Translations under genes and position numbers: made by a program
The notes under the pieces: model-generated
What the model was told of the DNA's origin: nothing
What the model saw: the letters and a program-made list of their open reading frames with translations, nothing else
Databases searched by the model: none
NCBI RefSeq assembly: GCF_037042905.1
Contig: NC_087252.1
Span: 14,510,001-14,574,000 of the forward strand
Length of the DNA stretch: 64,000 nt
From: Lytechinus pictus
Taxonomy: Eukaryota
Direction of reading: 5' to 3'
Shown: positions 1-12,929 of the stretch, in pieces
Position numbering within the stretch: position 1 is the first letter of the stretch
Layout: each line of letters begins with the position of its first letter

Positions 1-319
1 CGACAGTTCGGATGACCGCCATATATATAATTCATCATGCATAGGGAGGAATTAATCACTGCTTTACTTGACAATGAGGAGAAAATTAGAATATTTCATA
101 TTTCATATAATTAAATACAAAGGAAATAGTGAGTGATGGACATCATCGACTGACTCACCTAGTTGTGCATATCACTGCATGTTTTGTGAAAAATAAGCGA
201 AACTTTAAAATGTCATAACTTTCTTATTTTACATCCGATTTTGATAAAATTTTCAGTGTTATGCTTGTTGGATTTGTGTCTTTTTATTCACATATTTTTT
301 ATTGGGGTTGACTTGTCCT
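1..319. mobile_element. Right end of a Kolobok-like non-autonomous DNA transposon (partial)
   Basis: Ends ...GACTTGTCCT followed by TTAA (320-323), the same terminal style as 22828-23422; the left end lies outside the window. Confidence 0.4.
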
Positions 320-2282
320 TTAAGCACGTTTTAAATAAACATAATCAAGCTGCGAATCTGAATAAGCATGCTTGCCCGCGTTAAGATTTATACCTATAGA
401 ATAGGGCATTCTAAAAACATTTCTTTATTATAAAAAAATAATAATGGGAGCGCGAAGGGTGAGCTGAAAATATTTGATATTCTGAACTGAAAAATAATAA
501 ATTTCAGCACTATTTCAAAGCACTGTGTAGGAAAAATCTGAGAGGGGGTGGTCTTACAAAACGTCGTGCATTTTTATTACATTTATGTCATTTATCGTAC
601 ATACCACATTTCCACGGGGGTGCTGCCTATGGAAAATAACATACGCATCACCCCCAATGAAAATTTTGGGGGTGCTTCACCACCCCCAACACCCCCGCTT
701 CCCAAAGCCATGGTGGACCTGTTCTTTAAATAATAATATATCTATCCTTATACACTACTAATTTTTCTACATCCCTCTACCTTTGTATAAGTTTATTAAA
801 TCTTACTCCCTAATTAGAATTATCATTCTTCGCCTTTTGGAGATTCCTCAAATTAATTTGGTCTCATTTCAAAAAGTAGATATACATACATGCAGTTGAA
901 CCAACCTATATTCACATGGCTCTATCCTTTCTTTATCTAGATTTGCATCATTGATATTGTATATATTTTGTATAATTTTACTTTGTAGTAGATTTTGCAA
1001 TTATTTTTCCCAACAAGTCATCAAAATATTGATCATGAAACACATGTACACTCTCTAGTTACCCCTTCCCCTCTAGAAATATCTCTCAATTTAAGATTAA
1101 CTCTAAAACTTTCAAATTTAATTTTAATAAAATTAAAATCATCAAATCCCTTACACTACCTGCCGAACTGCTCGGCCGAATTTACGCCAATGATACGATA
1201 AAATTGCATTAGGACTGTTGATTTGGTTTAGATGATAATGATGATGTCATAACCTCAATTTGTGATTTGTTGGAAACATGACCAATCACCAATCACCAAC
1301 AATTCGGTATTGAACTCATATTTAAAGCATGCATCCCCTCCCTTCACACCATTTCAACCACAGACTGTCAAGGTAATCGACAGGTTGCCGTAGAAACGCC
1401 TTTTTACTGTTCATCACATATAACTGGTAAGTTTTAACGCTTGTTTTTGCTTTATCAAAACTGGATGGTTGGATGAAGACCGACTATAATTGTGCCTATC
1501 AGCTTGATGTCAGTTAGTGGTTTGACAATATTAATGAGTATCTTGGAGCCGTGCAGTTACATTGTTTTTCATTCGTTGAATCTGTCTTTATAGTAATTTT
1601 CAGAAATTTATTTTGAGGCACGCAGCTATCTTCTACCTATTGGTTGATCTTACTTCGCAATTAATGTTTGCAGAAATGTACTATACTTGAGTGTTTGTTA
1701 CAGCCGCTGAAAGTATGAATAATATTCATGAATTGTTTTTTTGTAAAGTTGAATGTTTTTTTAACATCGTATAGGTGTGTGTTTCGCACCTAGGAATCAT
1801 TATGATTAGTAGTTCTATAGATTCTTAACATTGTAAAAAAAAAAGTTTTGCTAAACACCTGTTATTTGACATGAATTCGGAATATATCAGCTGGTAAACA
1901 GTTACTTAATCTGGATATGATACCGGTATTCTTGGATATTTTCTTCTCTATATTTTGTTTGTGAAATTTTCAAGTTAATTTTTCATCAATGGTTACACGA
2001 AAAAAAAAATCATCCCTAGGAATCTCGATACTATTTCATTTTAATAAAAAAAAACCAATGTCGTATTGTTTATTACGATTCCTAAAAATAGGGATGTTAC
2101 ATTTACGGGGGTTAGTAGATAGCCTGTTTGCCTTGAACCATATGCACAGCTTAGAGAGCTTAACAATTATTACTTGTTCTTGTAAGGACGCTAGATCTAA
2201 AAAAATTACTTAATAAATATCCATATGTTATTGTTCGAAATTGACATTAGCAATGAAATACTCCGAACATTTGTTTTGCCCA

Positions 2283-2475
2283 ATTGACCGTTGGCCCGGC
2301 AGCAACTGTGCAGCGCCAGATCGACGAGGATCTATCCCTTTAAATGCTGAACGCTTAACAGGGTAGCAGCAACTCCCATCTTTTAACGTTTTTTGGTCTG
2401 ACGCGGCCGGGGTTTGAACAGCCGACCTCCCGGTTGTGAGACGGGTGCTCTACCAACTGAGCCAACACACCGGTC
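2283..2475 (-). mobile_element. tRNA-derived SINE
   Basis: The minus strand reads GACCGGTGTGTTGGCTCAGTTGGTAGAGCACCC...GTTCAAACCCCGGCC (A-box/B-box, tRNA-like head) and continues into a non-tRNA body GTCAGACCAAAAAACGTTAAAAGATGGGAGTTGCTGC. Confidence 0.7.
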
Positions 2476-3916
2476 GTTCTTTTCATCCTTACCATTAAAC
2501 AGTATATTTTTATCACCACCATATACAGAGCGTATAAAAAAAAAAGGGACAGATTTGAAAATTCTATAAATTTTTTTTCTTCAAATTATGATGTCTATAT
2601 TTTGGTGTTAATATGTGCTCTAAGGTCTTATCTTTGAAATGCAATTAAAGAAAAATTGTTCATGCTTGAGCAAACACGGGACGTTTTTGTTGGGGGTTCA
2701 AAAAGTGGCTTGCGCCAGAATGGCAGAATATGTGTAATATAATGATCAGACTTCTTGCTGATCAGGAGACTTCCTCTTGACCTTTTAATTATCTGTGCCA
2801 CAATTTTCTAAATATGCTGTCAAATTTCATTTACAAATTTATTTATTTAATTGAATTACTTTGTTTTTTCATTTAAACTTCTCTTACCTTTTAATTTTCC
2901 TTCATAAGTAACTGAGAAAAGAACCCAAGCAAGAAGATTTGAATTATTAATTGGGAAAAATTGTGATTATTCAAATCCTTTTATTATGTGAAACAAATTA
3001 TGTTATGTACCTTTAAAAGGGTGACAGCCCGCGAGACCGAGTGCCCGCGAGACCGATTTTTTCCCTTCATCGGTTGCCACGATCGAGTGGTTTAAGGCGC
3101 CTCGTTGCAGCGGCGTAACAGGTGCCTGTTATCAGAGGGGGGGGGGTGGGGGCAGAGTCAAATATTTCCAAGTAATTCCGTCTAGAATTAGTGGCATAAC
3201 TAGGATTTCAGTTTAGGTGGCAGTAGTGAGCACGGGAAGCGCGTTCCAGGGGTGGGGGGTGCATGCAGGGAGGGGTGTGCACTACCCCCATCCGCAAGGA
3301 GCGCGGAAGGTCCGACGTTCCTCTGAATTGTTCCTTATCTGCTCTCGCTCATTTTAATACGTCCTCTGCCTGTTATCGGAAGGGGGGGGGGCAGAGCAAA
3401 AAATTCCCGGTAACTAAGTCCAGAATCAGTGGCTTTGCTATAGGATTTAATTTTAGGGGGCGGTGGTGAGCACGCAAAGTGTGAGAAACACTTAATAATA
3501 AGCGCAAAAGGAGATCCATATTTTAAGGCGAGTTTTCCCACTCCCGCGCGAAGCACGAAAGCTCTGATGTTTTCTTCGAATTGTTCCTTGCCCGCTCCGG
3601 CCTGCTCTTCTTAAAACCTTTGAATTGCGGAAGCTCCGTCGTTCCTTTGAATCGTTCCTTGTCTGCATCCGCTCTTCTTACGTTTTCTGCCTGAAATGGG
3701 GGGGGGGGGCATGTTACACCCACAAATGTAATAATCGCCCACAAATGTAATAACGCCCACAAATGTAATAACACTTTACCCACAAATGTAATAATTTCGC
3801 CCACAAATGTAATAATGCACTTTACCCACAAATGTAATAATTTTTGATCGCCCACAAATGTAATAATGACTTTACCCACAAATGTTATAAATTTGAAGGG
3901 ATTTTTGGCGAATCCG

Positions 3917-6900
3917 GAGGGTGTTTCATCAATATTGTCGCGCGACAACTGTCAGCGCTGACTAAAATTGTCAGCGCTGACAGTTATTGCGTTTCATCAA
4001 ACTCTCGGAGCTCCTCTGACTATTGTCAGAGAATTTTTATTTTACAAATCGTCTTGAACGAGGTTCGCTGACTAATTAGGCCACGCCCACTCCCAAAGTA
4101 GTGATAAAGATGTAAAATTGGTTGATGTTTTCGCCGCGACGATTCGAAATGAAACGAAGAAATGAGAAGAAGCGAAGGTCCTCGTAGAGGTGAATGAGGA
4201 TTTTACCGTAAGTAAAACCCTTCAAAATGTCGTTCATATTGTATGTAAGGTGATTGAATTATTCGTTGTGCGTGATTATCAAATGAATTACAAGAAAAGA
4301 GGATCTTCTGGCAGGACCCCTGTCGATACGATCGGTGAACTTGACAGTACAAAATCCAGTCTAGTCCCATACCCGTGTTTCTGTGTCTGTAGAACTATCT
4401 CAGGTCCAAACTAACGACACGGCTCACGGCTGTCACGTTTTTATGATCCGCACATGGCTGCAATTTTATAAATTTTGCAAAGAGAATTCTTTATATTGTT
4501 CTACCTTTATGTCATTCTATGTTGCAAATCATATTTTTCCATTTCCTTTGGTTTTGTAATAATTTTGTTGCTCGGTGTGGTCGGAGATATCCTTGATCAC
4601 CAGGCAAACCAGCGTGTGCAATTGTAAATGTACACATATCCAATGGGGCCATCCTAATTCTGTGTTCAGGTGTTACAGAAATTGGAATTGAACAGGAGCT
4701 AAATCACATGGTAATAGTGTGAGTGGTAAATTTGTAAAGTGGATGTTCTCAACTATTAATGTAGGCTTAGCCTTAGCAAGTCACAAGTTGAATGAAGTGA
4801 AGGCTCTCGATAGCTGGCGAGGATTCGGGGGGGGGGGGGGTGATGCGATTGTGGCAGAGGTGCGTTCACACCCAATAAAAATTAAAATCTAGATATAAAA
4901 AAATTATTAGATCTAAGTTTTAAATAGTGCAACCGGCCCGTGGCCGTACTGGTATAGCTTATAGGCCTAGATCTATCTTAAATTATCTTTGACTTTGCGC
5001 ACCCAAGTGAAATGAGCCATTGCATAGCTCCCTTTTGATCGTCCAATTTGGGGGAGACGAAATAATGCTCTTCATTTGTGTGCGATTATGAAGTTTGTTT
5101 TGCTTTAGTTTTATTTTTCTAAGTCAATTTTTTAGACAAATTACTATTTAGCATGAATCTGCAATAGCATCGGTGTTATTGGGGTAAATAAATTAAATTA
5201 TTGTTGATAATGTCTCTTAATCTATTTTTTGAAAAATACTGTCGTACCACATAAAGTTAGAGTCTAGTCACACCCAACCTTAAATAGCATGTAAAGGTTA
5301 AAGGTCTGTTCATTAGAAAAAAAATATAGGAGAATATGTAATGGATCTCATCAATCCCAAGTATTTTTCTGCCTTGAATCTCATATTAAAGTTCCATTGA
5401 ACAAAGGTCACAGTCCAGAAATAGTTGACAGTTTGATGGGGATGCAATTTGCTGCAGTTATGAATTAGGAGCCTATTCATATTTTTTATTAATTTGATCG
5501 TGGCTTTTAACCGGCAAGGTATCCAAGCGCTATTGAGTTAGAAAAAAAATTATATTTTTATTTTTGAATTAAAAAAAAAATTATTGAAAAAGCTGTTTTA
5601 CTATTTTGTATGGTTAATGTGTTAATTACCGTCTTGTTTATAATCAAGTGAAAATTATAAAAATTAACAAGGATAAATTGTTGACCGATTGTTGGTAAAT
5701 TCTATAAATTTCAGGATAATAAAAGAAGAAAAATGATTGGTATATTCGATCATTCCCCTTTATGAAATGTCAACAATATTCATTGAAAGTGCAGTATTTT
5801 TCAATGATCACTGTAAATCTACATATTTTCTTTGCTACATGTATAACAATGTGATATTATTAATATTTTAATTTCAGACTATGGACATTTTAACAGTATG
5901 CAGAAGAAGACGGATCTGGAACTAGAAAGCAAGGCTCTGACTGGTCTACTAGACTACTACAGCAAGGAATGTGCCAGCGGCCAATCTGATGAACATGTGA
6001 CAGAAGATTTGGCAATGGGTGAAGAAATACTGAGATTGAAATGCAACCACAGGTAACATGTAGACTAGTAAAATGCGATAATGATTAAAAAATAATGAAG
6101 GATATTGTTTTGGTTGCAGAATGTAAAATCATAAAAACCCACATCAATGACAATGAAATCGGACTGTGACCAGATTTTCTATTTAAAGTCAGTTTGAAAT
6201 GCAAACATTACATAAGCATGAAAGACATAATAGATTCAATATATTTTGCATGTTAGCTGCAGGGTCAGCAGAACGGTTTTGAAAGTGAGGGGGCTGAGCC
6301 GAAAGTGGGGGGGGGGGGCTGACCAATGCAAAAATCATAAGCAGATGGTCAATTTTACATTTTTGTACATGGTTTTGGAAAACAGTGCGGGGGCTGAAAA
6401 ATATGAAATGACCATCTGGTTACGATTTTTTGCATGCATGGTCAGCCCGTTCACTGTAAAAACCGTTCCGCTGACCCTGCAGCTAACATGCACCCCCCCC
6501 CCGGTTTCCGGAGCCCCTGCTCTCACCCCTCAATCCATTTAGCACTACTTGCTCATGTGTATGTACATACAAGCTACATTGTGAGGAATAATTTCACTTT
6601 TTAAGTTTCTCAGCCAGAGCATATGTCATTTACTATTGTTTGTATTTTTTATTAACATAATAAAAACTTGAACCCTTTATTTACCCCCTTCTATATGAAA
6701 CCTGGTACTCAAAAGATGTTTTATTTCCTGTTTTTAGACATGTACATATACATGTGAGAAGAAATACCAGATTATGGCAAATATTTTAATTAGTTATTTC
6801 AATACTATTTTTCCTTCAGGTGGAGGCTTCAACCAAACTTTTCAGACAGACATGAGATACAAAGATACACAAGTATAAATGGTTGAAGGTTTAGGAGAGC

Positions 6901-9069
6901 CAGACAAGAAGGCAGGAAATGTGATGTCACTTGTAAGCTAAAACACACTTAATTATGACTGCCTCACTTTGGCGAAGAAAGTAAAGTCACATTAAAAAAG
7001 TTTTGAATTACTGGTACTGCTCTCTTCTTTATTTGTTCTACTCAAATATTTGAAAACAATGACATCTATATTGCTTAGATGCTTAATTGATTAATGGTGA
7101 TATTTATTGGACAGTTGTAAAACAACCAATATCAATCAATGCTAGATGGTGTGACTTGCTTTCTATTGCCAAAGTAGTAAATGAATGTTCCATTGTTCTG
7201 CATTCCTATTAGACTCCCCCCCCCCCCCCGCCCCATCACCATCTGCTTTGTATGGGAGTAACACTGGAAGATTACCCCCCACAAAAAAAAAAAAAAAAAA
7301 AAAATTATATCTCTTGTAGGCCTGTATAAATGTAATGCCTACAAAAGCAGTCATGAAACCTCATTAATTCAAATGATCTTGGTAGGGGGGGGGGTGCCTC
7401 AGGATCTTGCCTGTTGATTGTGCACTCGCTTCAGAAATCATGCTGCTGTTCCTGATGTTGTTGTTTTTTTTTAATATGATAACATGACTCTTGCATGAAA
7501 TCAGCATTTGGCTCAAGAAATAAAGACCAAATGTGATAATTTTGGATTTTGACTCCCTTTCTTTGGTAAACCAATGAGAAAAACCCAAGTCATTAAAATC
7601 AATTGTGTATAAAAAAAGAGGAAATTTTAATCATTTTCTTATGCATTTCTTTGTTATTAACTTTTTTGCTTTCATTGTTTAATAAGGCTTTGGTGACAAT
7701 ATTTTAACCATTTAGAACTTAAAGTTCTTATTTCATTCATTAGAAATAAAAAAAATGTAAGTTTTAACAATGATAATTAAATTAAGAATAAATGACTGAT
7801 ATCAATAATGATGGAAATTGATATCTTTATTAATAAAATATCACATGCTCTATAAATTAAATCCATTTCAGTTACTTCAATGAACATGGACAGCAGCAGG
7901 AGCAACAACAGCATCAGCAGCTGAAACTACAACTGCAGTAAGAGATGCAATAACCACACCGACAACATCAACAGCAGCAGGAGCTCCAACAACCATGCAG
8001 GGAACATCGGGCGCAACATAAATAACTTCATCAAGAGATGCAACAACCACAGTGGTAAACATCAACAGCAGTAGCAACAACGACAGTAGAAACAAAGCCA
8101 ACAGCAAGGATTCTAATAAGCAATCATACAAGCAACAACACAAGCGACAACATCAATAGATGCATCAGGAGATGCAACAGCCACACTCGTAAACAGCAGC
8201 AGTAGCAGCGATGACAACAGCAACCACACAGGCAACACAAGCGACAACATCAATAGATGCATCAGGAGATGCAACAGCCACACTCGTAAACAGCAGCAGT
8301 AGCAGCGATGACAACAGCAACCACACAGGCAACACCTTGAGCAACATCAGTAGCAAAAATAACTAATTGCACCAGGAGATGCAACAACCACACCCACAAC
8401 ACCAAGAGCAGCAAAAACAAACAGCAATTCCAGCAATCACGATGACAACAGCAGCAGCAACACCAACAACACTAATGAACATTGAAAAAACTTGTACAAA
8501 AGTCAATGAGGTCGCATTTTTCAGACATTATCAGACATTATTGATTAAAAAATGCACAATGATTTATTTGGGTTAAAGAAAATTATGTTTGAAAAAATGT
8601 GTACATTTGAAGATGTTTCCTATGTATTGATTGATATAATATAGTTTTAAAGATGAAAATATTATTCTTGAAATGTCTACTTTTTATTTGTCATTGACTA
8701 AAAATAAATACATTTTCTTTGAATTTTCTCAATGAAATGAAAAATAAGCAATTTATTAAAATGTTATATTCAAAATCAACTGAAATTGATCGATTTTAGC
8801 TGCAAAGGCCCTCAAAAGGCTGATTAGTCGGTGAAAATTGGATTAGTCGGTGAAAATAAGTTTTGTCGGTAGGTGAAGGCCACCGACAAAATTAGTCGGT
8901 GGTTTCCAATAATTTGTCGGAGAAAATCACCGACAAATTTTCATGAAATGGAATTTAGTCGGTGATGGCAAAATTGTCGGTGAAAATGAAATTAGTCGGT
9001 GAAAATCACATTTAGTCGGAGAAAACCACCGACTAATTGTTTGATGAAACGCCCCCCCCCCCCCCCCCC
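3917..9069 (+). mobile_element. PIF/Harbinger-like non-autonomous element (element B, copy 1)
   Basis: TIRs GAGGGTGTTTCATCAA / TTGATGAAACGCCCCC; 3-bp TSD CCG (3914-3916, 9070-9072). The empty site GAATCCGTTCTAAAC is visible at ~49231. Confidence 0.8.
6247..6492. repeat. MITE-like inverted repeat inside element B copy 1
   Basis: TGCATGTTAGCTGCAGGGTCAGCAGAACGGTTTT ... AAAACCGTTCCGCTGACCCTGCAGCTAACATGCA; also present in copy 2 at 16527-16769. Confidence 0.7.
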
Positions 9070-9154
9070 CCGTTCTAAACTAAAATCCTGTAGTAATGCG
9101 TTCATATAGCGATTGACCTATTGTAATAGGTCCATGATATAGCACAAAAGTGCA

Positions 9155-9745
9155 AAGTCTTTTTTCCAGACCCGGTTAATAAAAAAATTAAAATGTAAGT
9201 CCAAAGTCTTTTTTCCAGACCCGGTTGTTTCAAAAATTATAATATAAGTCCAAAGTCTTTTTTCCAGACCCGGTTGTTTAAAAAATTATGATAAAAGTCC
9301 AAAGTCTTTTTTCCAGACCCAGTTGTTTAAAAAAATTATAATATAAGTCCAGAGTCTTTTTTCCAGACCCAGTTATTTCAAAAATTATAATATAAGTCCA
9401 AAGTCTTTTTTCCAGACACGGTTGTTTAAAAAATTATGATATTTGTCCAAAGTCTTTTTTCCAGACCCGGTTGTTTAAAAAATTATAATATTCGTCCAAA
9501 GTCTTTTTTCCAGACCCCGTTGTTTAAAAAATTATGATATTTGTCCAAAGTCTTTTTTCCAGACCTGGTTGTTTCAAAAATTATAATATAAGTCCAAAGT
9601 CTTTTTTCCAGACCCGGTTGATTCATAAATTATAATATAAGTCCAAAGTCTGTTTTCCAGACCCGGTTGTTTCAAAAATTATAATATAAGTCCAAAGTCT
9701 TTTTTCCAGACCCGGTTGTTTAAAAAATTATAATATAAGTCCAAA
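9155..9745 (-). repeat. 49-bp satellite array, left arm of element A (~12 units)
   Basis: Tandem AAAGTCTTTTTTCCAGACCCGGTTGTTTCAAAAATTATAATATAAGTCC. Confidence 0.9.
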
Positions 9746-10469
9746 CTAAGATACGATAATGATATTCCAGTAGAATGGAAATGAGAATCAAGCTTAGTCT
9801 TTTCTCCAGACCCAGCTAATCAGAACTGGTGGAATTAATGTCTTTGTTGTTGTTTTAACTTATACGGCGCTTATTGTGAATATATGCGCTAAGAGTAAAT
9901 TGAGAATCAAGCGTAGTGTTTTCTCCAGACCCAGTTACTTAAAACTAAAAACTAAAACCCTTTACCCACAAATGTAATAATTTCACCCCACAAATGTAAT
10001 AATGCACTTTACCCACATATGTAAAAAATTTTGATCGCCCACAAATGTAATAATGACTTTACCCACATATGTTACAAAATTTGAGGGGATTTTTGGCAAA
10101 TCTTTTCTAAAATAAAACCCTATAGTAATGCGCTCATATAGTGCAAAGTCACAGTCTTTTTTCTCTAGACCCGGTTATATAAAACATTTAAACCATCTTC
10201 CAAATAAAGATCCCAAAATTAATTCTTCTTATTGTTGAATAATATAGAACTTTAGCGTAGTCTTTGCTCCAGACCCAAATACTTCAAATAGCAAATAATA
10301 AATAATAATTAAAAAAAATAAAGACCCCACGATTTTATTATTGTTGAACAAAATGTAAATATAGCTTAGTCTTTCCTCCAGACCCAGTTATAAAAAAAAT
10401 CATTCAAAAACAAAAGAACAACATCAACAACCAAAAACAGACCCCGCAATCATTTCAACATTGAATAGC

Positions 10470-10665
10470 GTGTGTGTATTTGAGTTTTGTCAGACGTGTA
10501 TCAATCAGATATGATTATTTACGTCTGGGACCGACCTTTAGTCTGGGACCGACCTTTAACGACACCATCCAAAACACGTGACCAGGGCTCAAACCTCGAA
10601 CCTCTGCATCAATTTGTAACTTCCCCACATAGCTTGGATTACAGGCACACGCCACAACGCCCAGT
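10470..10665 (-). mobile_element. Short SINE with a 7SL RNA-like head
   Basis: The minus strand starts ACTGGGCGTTGTGGCGTGTGCCTGTAATCCAAGCTA, continues ...GAGGTTCGAGGTTTGAGCCCTGG and ends in (CA)n. It interrupts a repeat unit whose uninterrupted paralog is at ~11221-11260. Confidence 0.7.
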
Positions 10666-12929
10666 TAGTATCGAAATATGGTGTAGTCTTTGTTCCAGCC
10701 CCGGTTATTTCACAATTGCATATCATAAAGAACACTATTAACAAAGACCCCACTATCTAATTGATGTTGAATAACTTGAAAATATAAAGTAGTCTTTTTT
10801 CAAGACCCAGTTATTTCAAATTAACAAATCATAGAAAAGATATATAATAATAATAAAACAAAGGCCCCACAGTCTTACTGATGTTGAATAACATGGAAAT
10901 ATAGCTTAGTCTTTCCTCCAGACCCATTTATTTCAAAATTACAAATCATTTTTAAAGAGTCAACAAGAAACAAAGACCCCCACTATCTTATTAATATTAA
11001 ATAACATGGGAATATAGCGTAGTCTTTCATCCAGACCAAGATCTTTCAAATAACAAATGAATAATAATAATAATAAATTAATAATAATAATAAAAAACAA
11101 CGACCCACGATCCTATTCATGTTGAATAATATGGAAATATGGCTTGGTCTTTTCTCAAGACCCAGTAATAAAAATCATTAAAAAACACAACAACAACAAC
11201 AAAACAAAGACCCTGCAATCTTATCAACATTGGATAGCATGGAAATATGATGTAGTCTTTGCTCCAGACCCAGTTATTTCAAAATAGGAAATTATAAGAA
11301 ACAATAAAAACAAACAAACAGTATCCGTAAAGACCCCACAATATCATTGATGTAGAAAAACATTGTTGTTGTTATCTTGGATTTTAAGGCGCGTATCATA
11401 TGAATATTTACGCCTATGATTAATTTGTCGTCTTTGTGGTATGCGTTATCACATGATTTTTATAGTTTGGCTTAATTTGTATTTTTAAGAGAACTAGGTG
11501 TGGGGTAAAGCCTAGATTTTTTTCAATAATTGTTTCTCTTTTAAATAACCGGGTCTAGAAGGAAGACTAATCATAATACTCGGGTTATTCCACAGGAATA
11601 AGAATATGACAAAGTTTTATGTTTTTAAGATTGTTTAAATCATTTTTTAAATGACTGGGTCTGGAATAAAGAAAACGCTCTAAACATGTGCTTTTTTACA
11701 TGGTCTTAATTTGGAGGATTGATTGTTCTTAGATTCGTTGTTGGGGTTTGGGTTTTTTATTGCTTTTTTATTCTTGAAATGACTGTGTCTGGAGGAAATT
11801 CTACAATCGATCTTCATGTTATTCCACAGTAATTAGATTATTGGGTATTCGTCTTAGAATATTTGTAAAAACTATTTTATTTTTTCAAATAATAACCAAG
11901 TCTTGAGAAAAGATGATTGCTTTACCCATGCATTATTACAATGTTTTGTAGGGGTCTTAGTATTATTTTAAAAAAATTGGTGTGGGGTAAAGACATTTTT
12001 TTTTTGGTGTAATTTTTGAAAATTGGTCTTAGATTTGAAGTATTTTCAAACTTCATTTTTCAAATAACTGGGTCTGGAGGAAAGAGTACGTTTTGAATCT
12101 CGTCTTATTCCACAAGAATAAGAATATGATAGGGTCTTACGTTAGAATATTTTTTTGGGTAATATTTTCAATGATTAGGTCTGGAATAAAGACAACGTTC
12201 TTAACCTCTTTTTTAAACAGGTTCTTAGGTTGAAGGATTGCTTGGTCTTAGATTTGTAGTTTTTTATTATTACTATTTGCGATATTTTGAAAAAAACATA
12301 ACTGGGTCTTGCTGAAAGACTACTCTTTATGTCCATGTTATCCATCATTAACAAGATTATGGAGTCTTTATACTGTTTTTGTTGTTGAATTGTTATTTAT
12401 AATTTTGGAATAACAGGGTTTAGAGAAAAGACTAAGCTCAATTTTCATTTTTATTCCACTGGAATATCATTATGGTATCTTAGTTTGGACTTATATTATG
12501 ATTTTTGAAATAACCGGGTCTGGAAAATAGACTTTGGACTTAAAGTATAATTTTTTTAGCAACCGGGTCTGGAAAAAAGGCTTCGGACTTATATTATATT
12601 TTTTTACTCAAACAGGTCTCGAAAAAAGACTGACTTTTATTATAATTTATGAATCAACCGGGTCTGGAAAAAAGACTTTGCCCTTTTGTGCTAAATGAAC
12701 GCATTACTATAGGGTTTTAGTTTTTAGTTTTAAGTGACCGGGTCTGGAGAAAAGACTACGCTTGGTTCTGAAATTACTCTTAGTGCATATATAAACAATA
12801 CGCGCCGTATAATTTGTAAAAACAACGAAGACATTTATTCCACAAGCTTTAATTAAATGGGTCTGGAGAAAAGACTGCGCTCGATTCTCATTTTTATTCC
12901 ACTGGAATAGCATTATCGTATCTTAGTTT

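Noticed and set aside
2400..2475. Functional tRNA gene
   Set aside because: Imperfect arms and direct continuation into a SINE body.
7877..8576. Val/Ala/Leu- or Gln-rich ORFs (also 14908-15151)
   Set aside because: CAA/CAG low-complexity tract within element B; its length differs between the two copies.
10600..10666. Human Alu contamination or a functional 7SL gene
   Set aside because: No dimeric Alu structure, poly-A tail or S domain; embedded in a local repeat and joined to a non-Alu body.
9745..12480. CRISPR-like appearance (conserved motif with variable spacers)
   Set aside because: Eukaryotic context, no cas genes, degenerate repeats, and spacers that are homologous to each other: a diverged tandem repeat.
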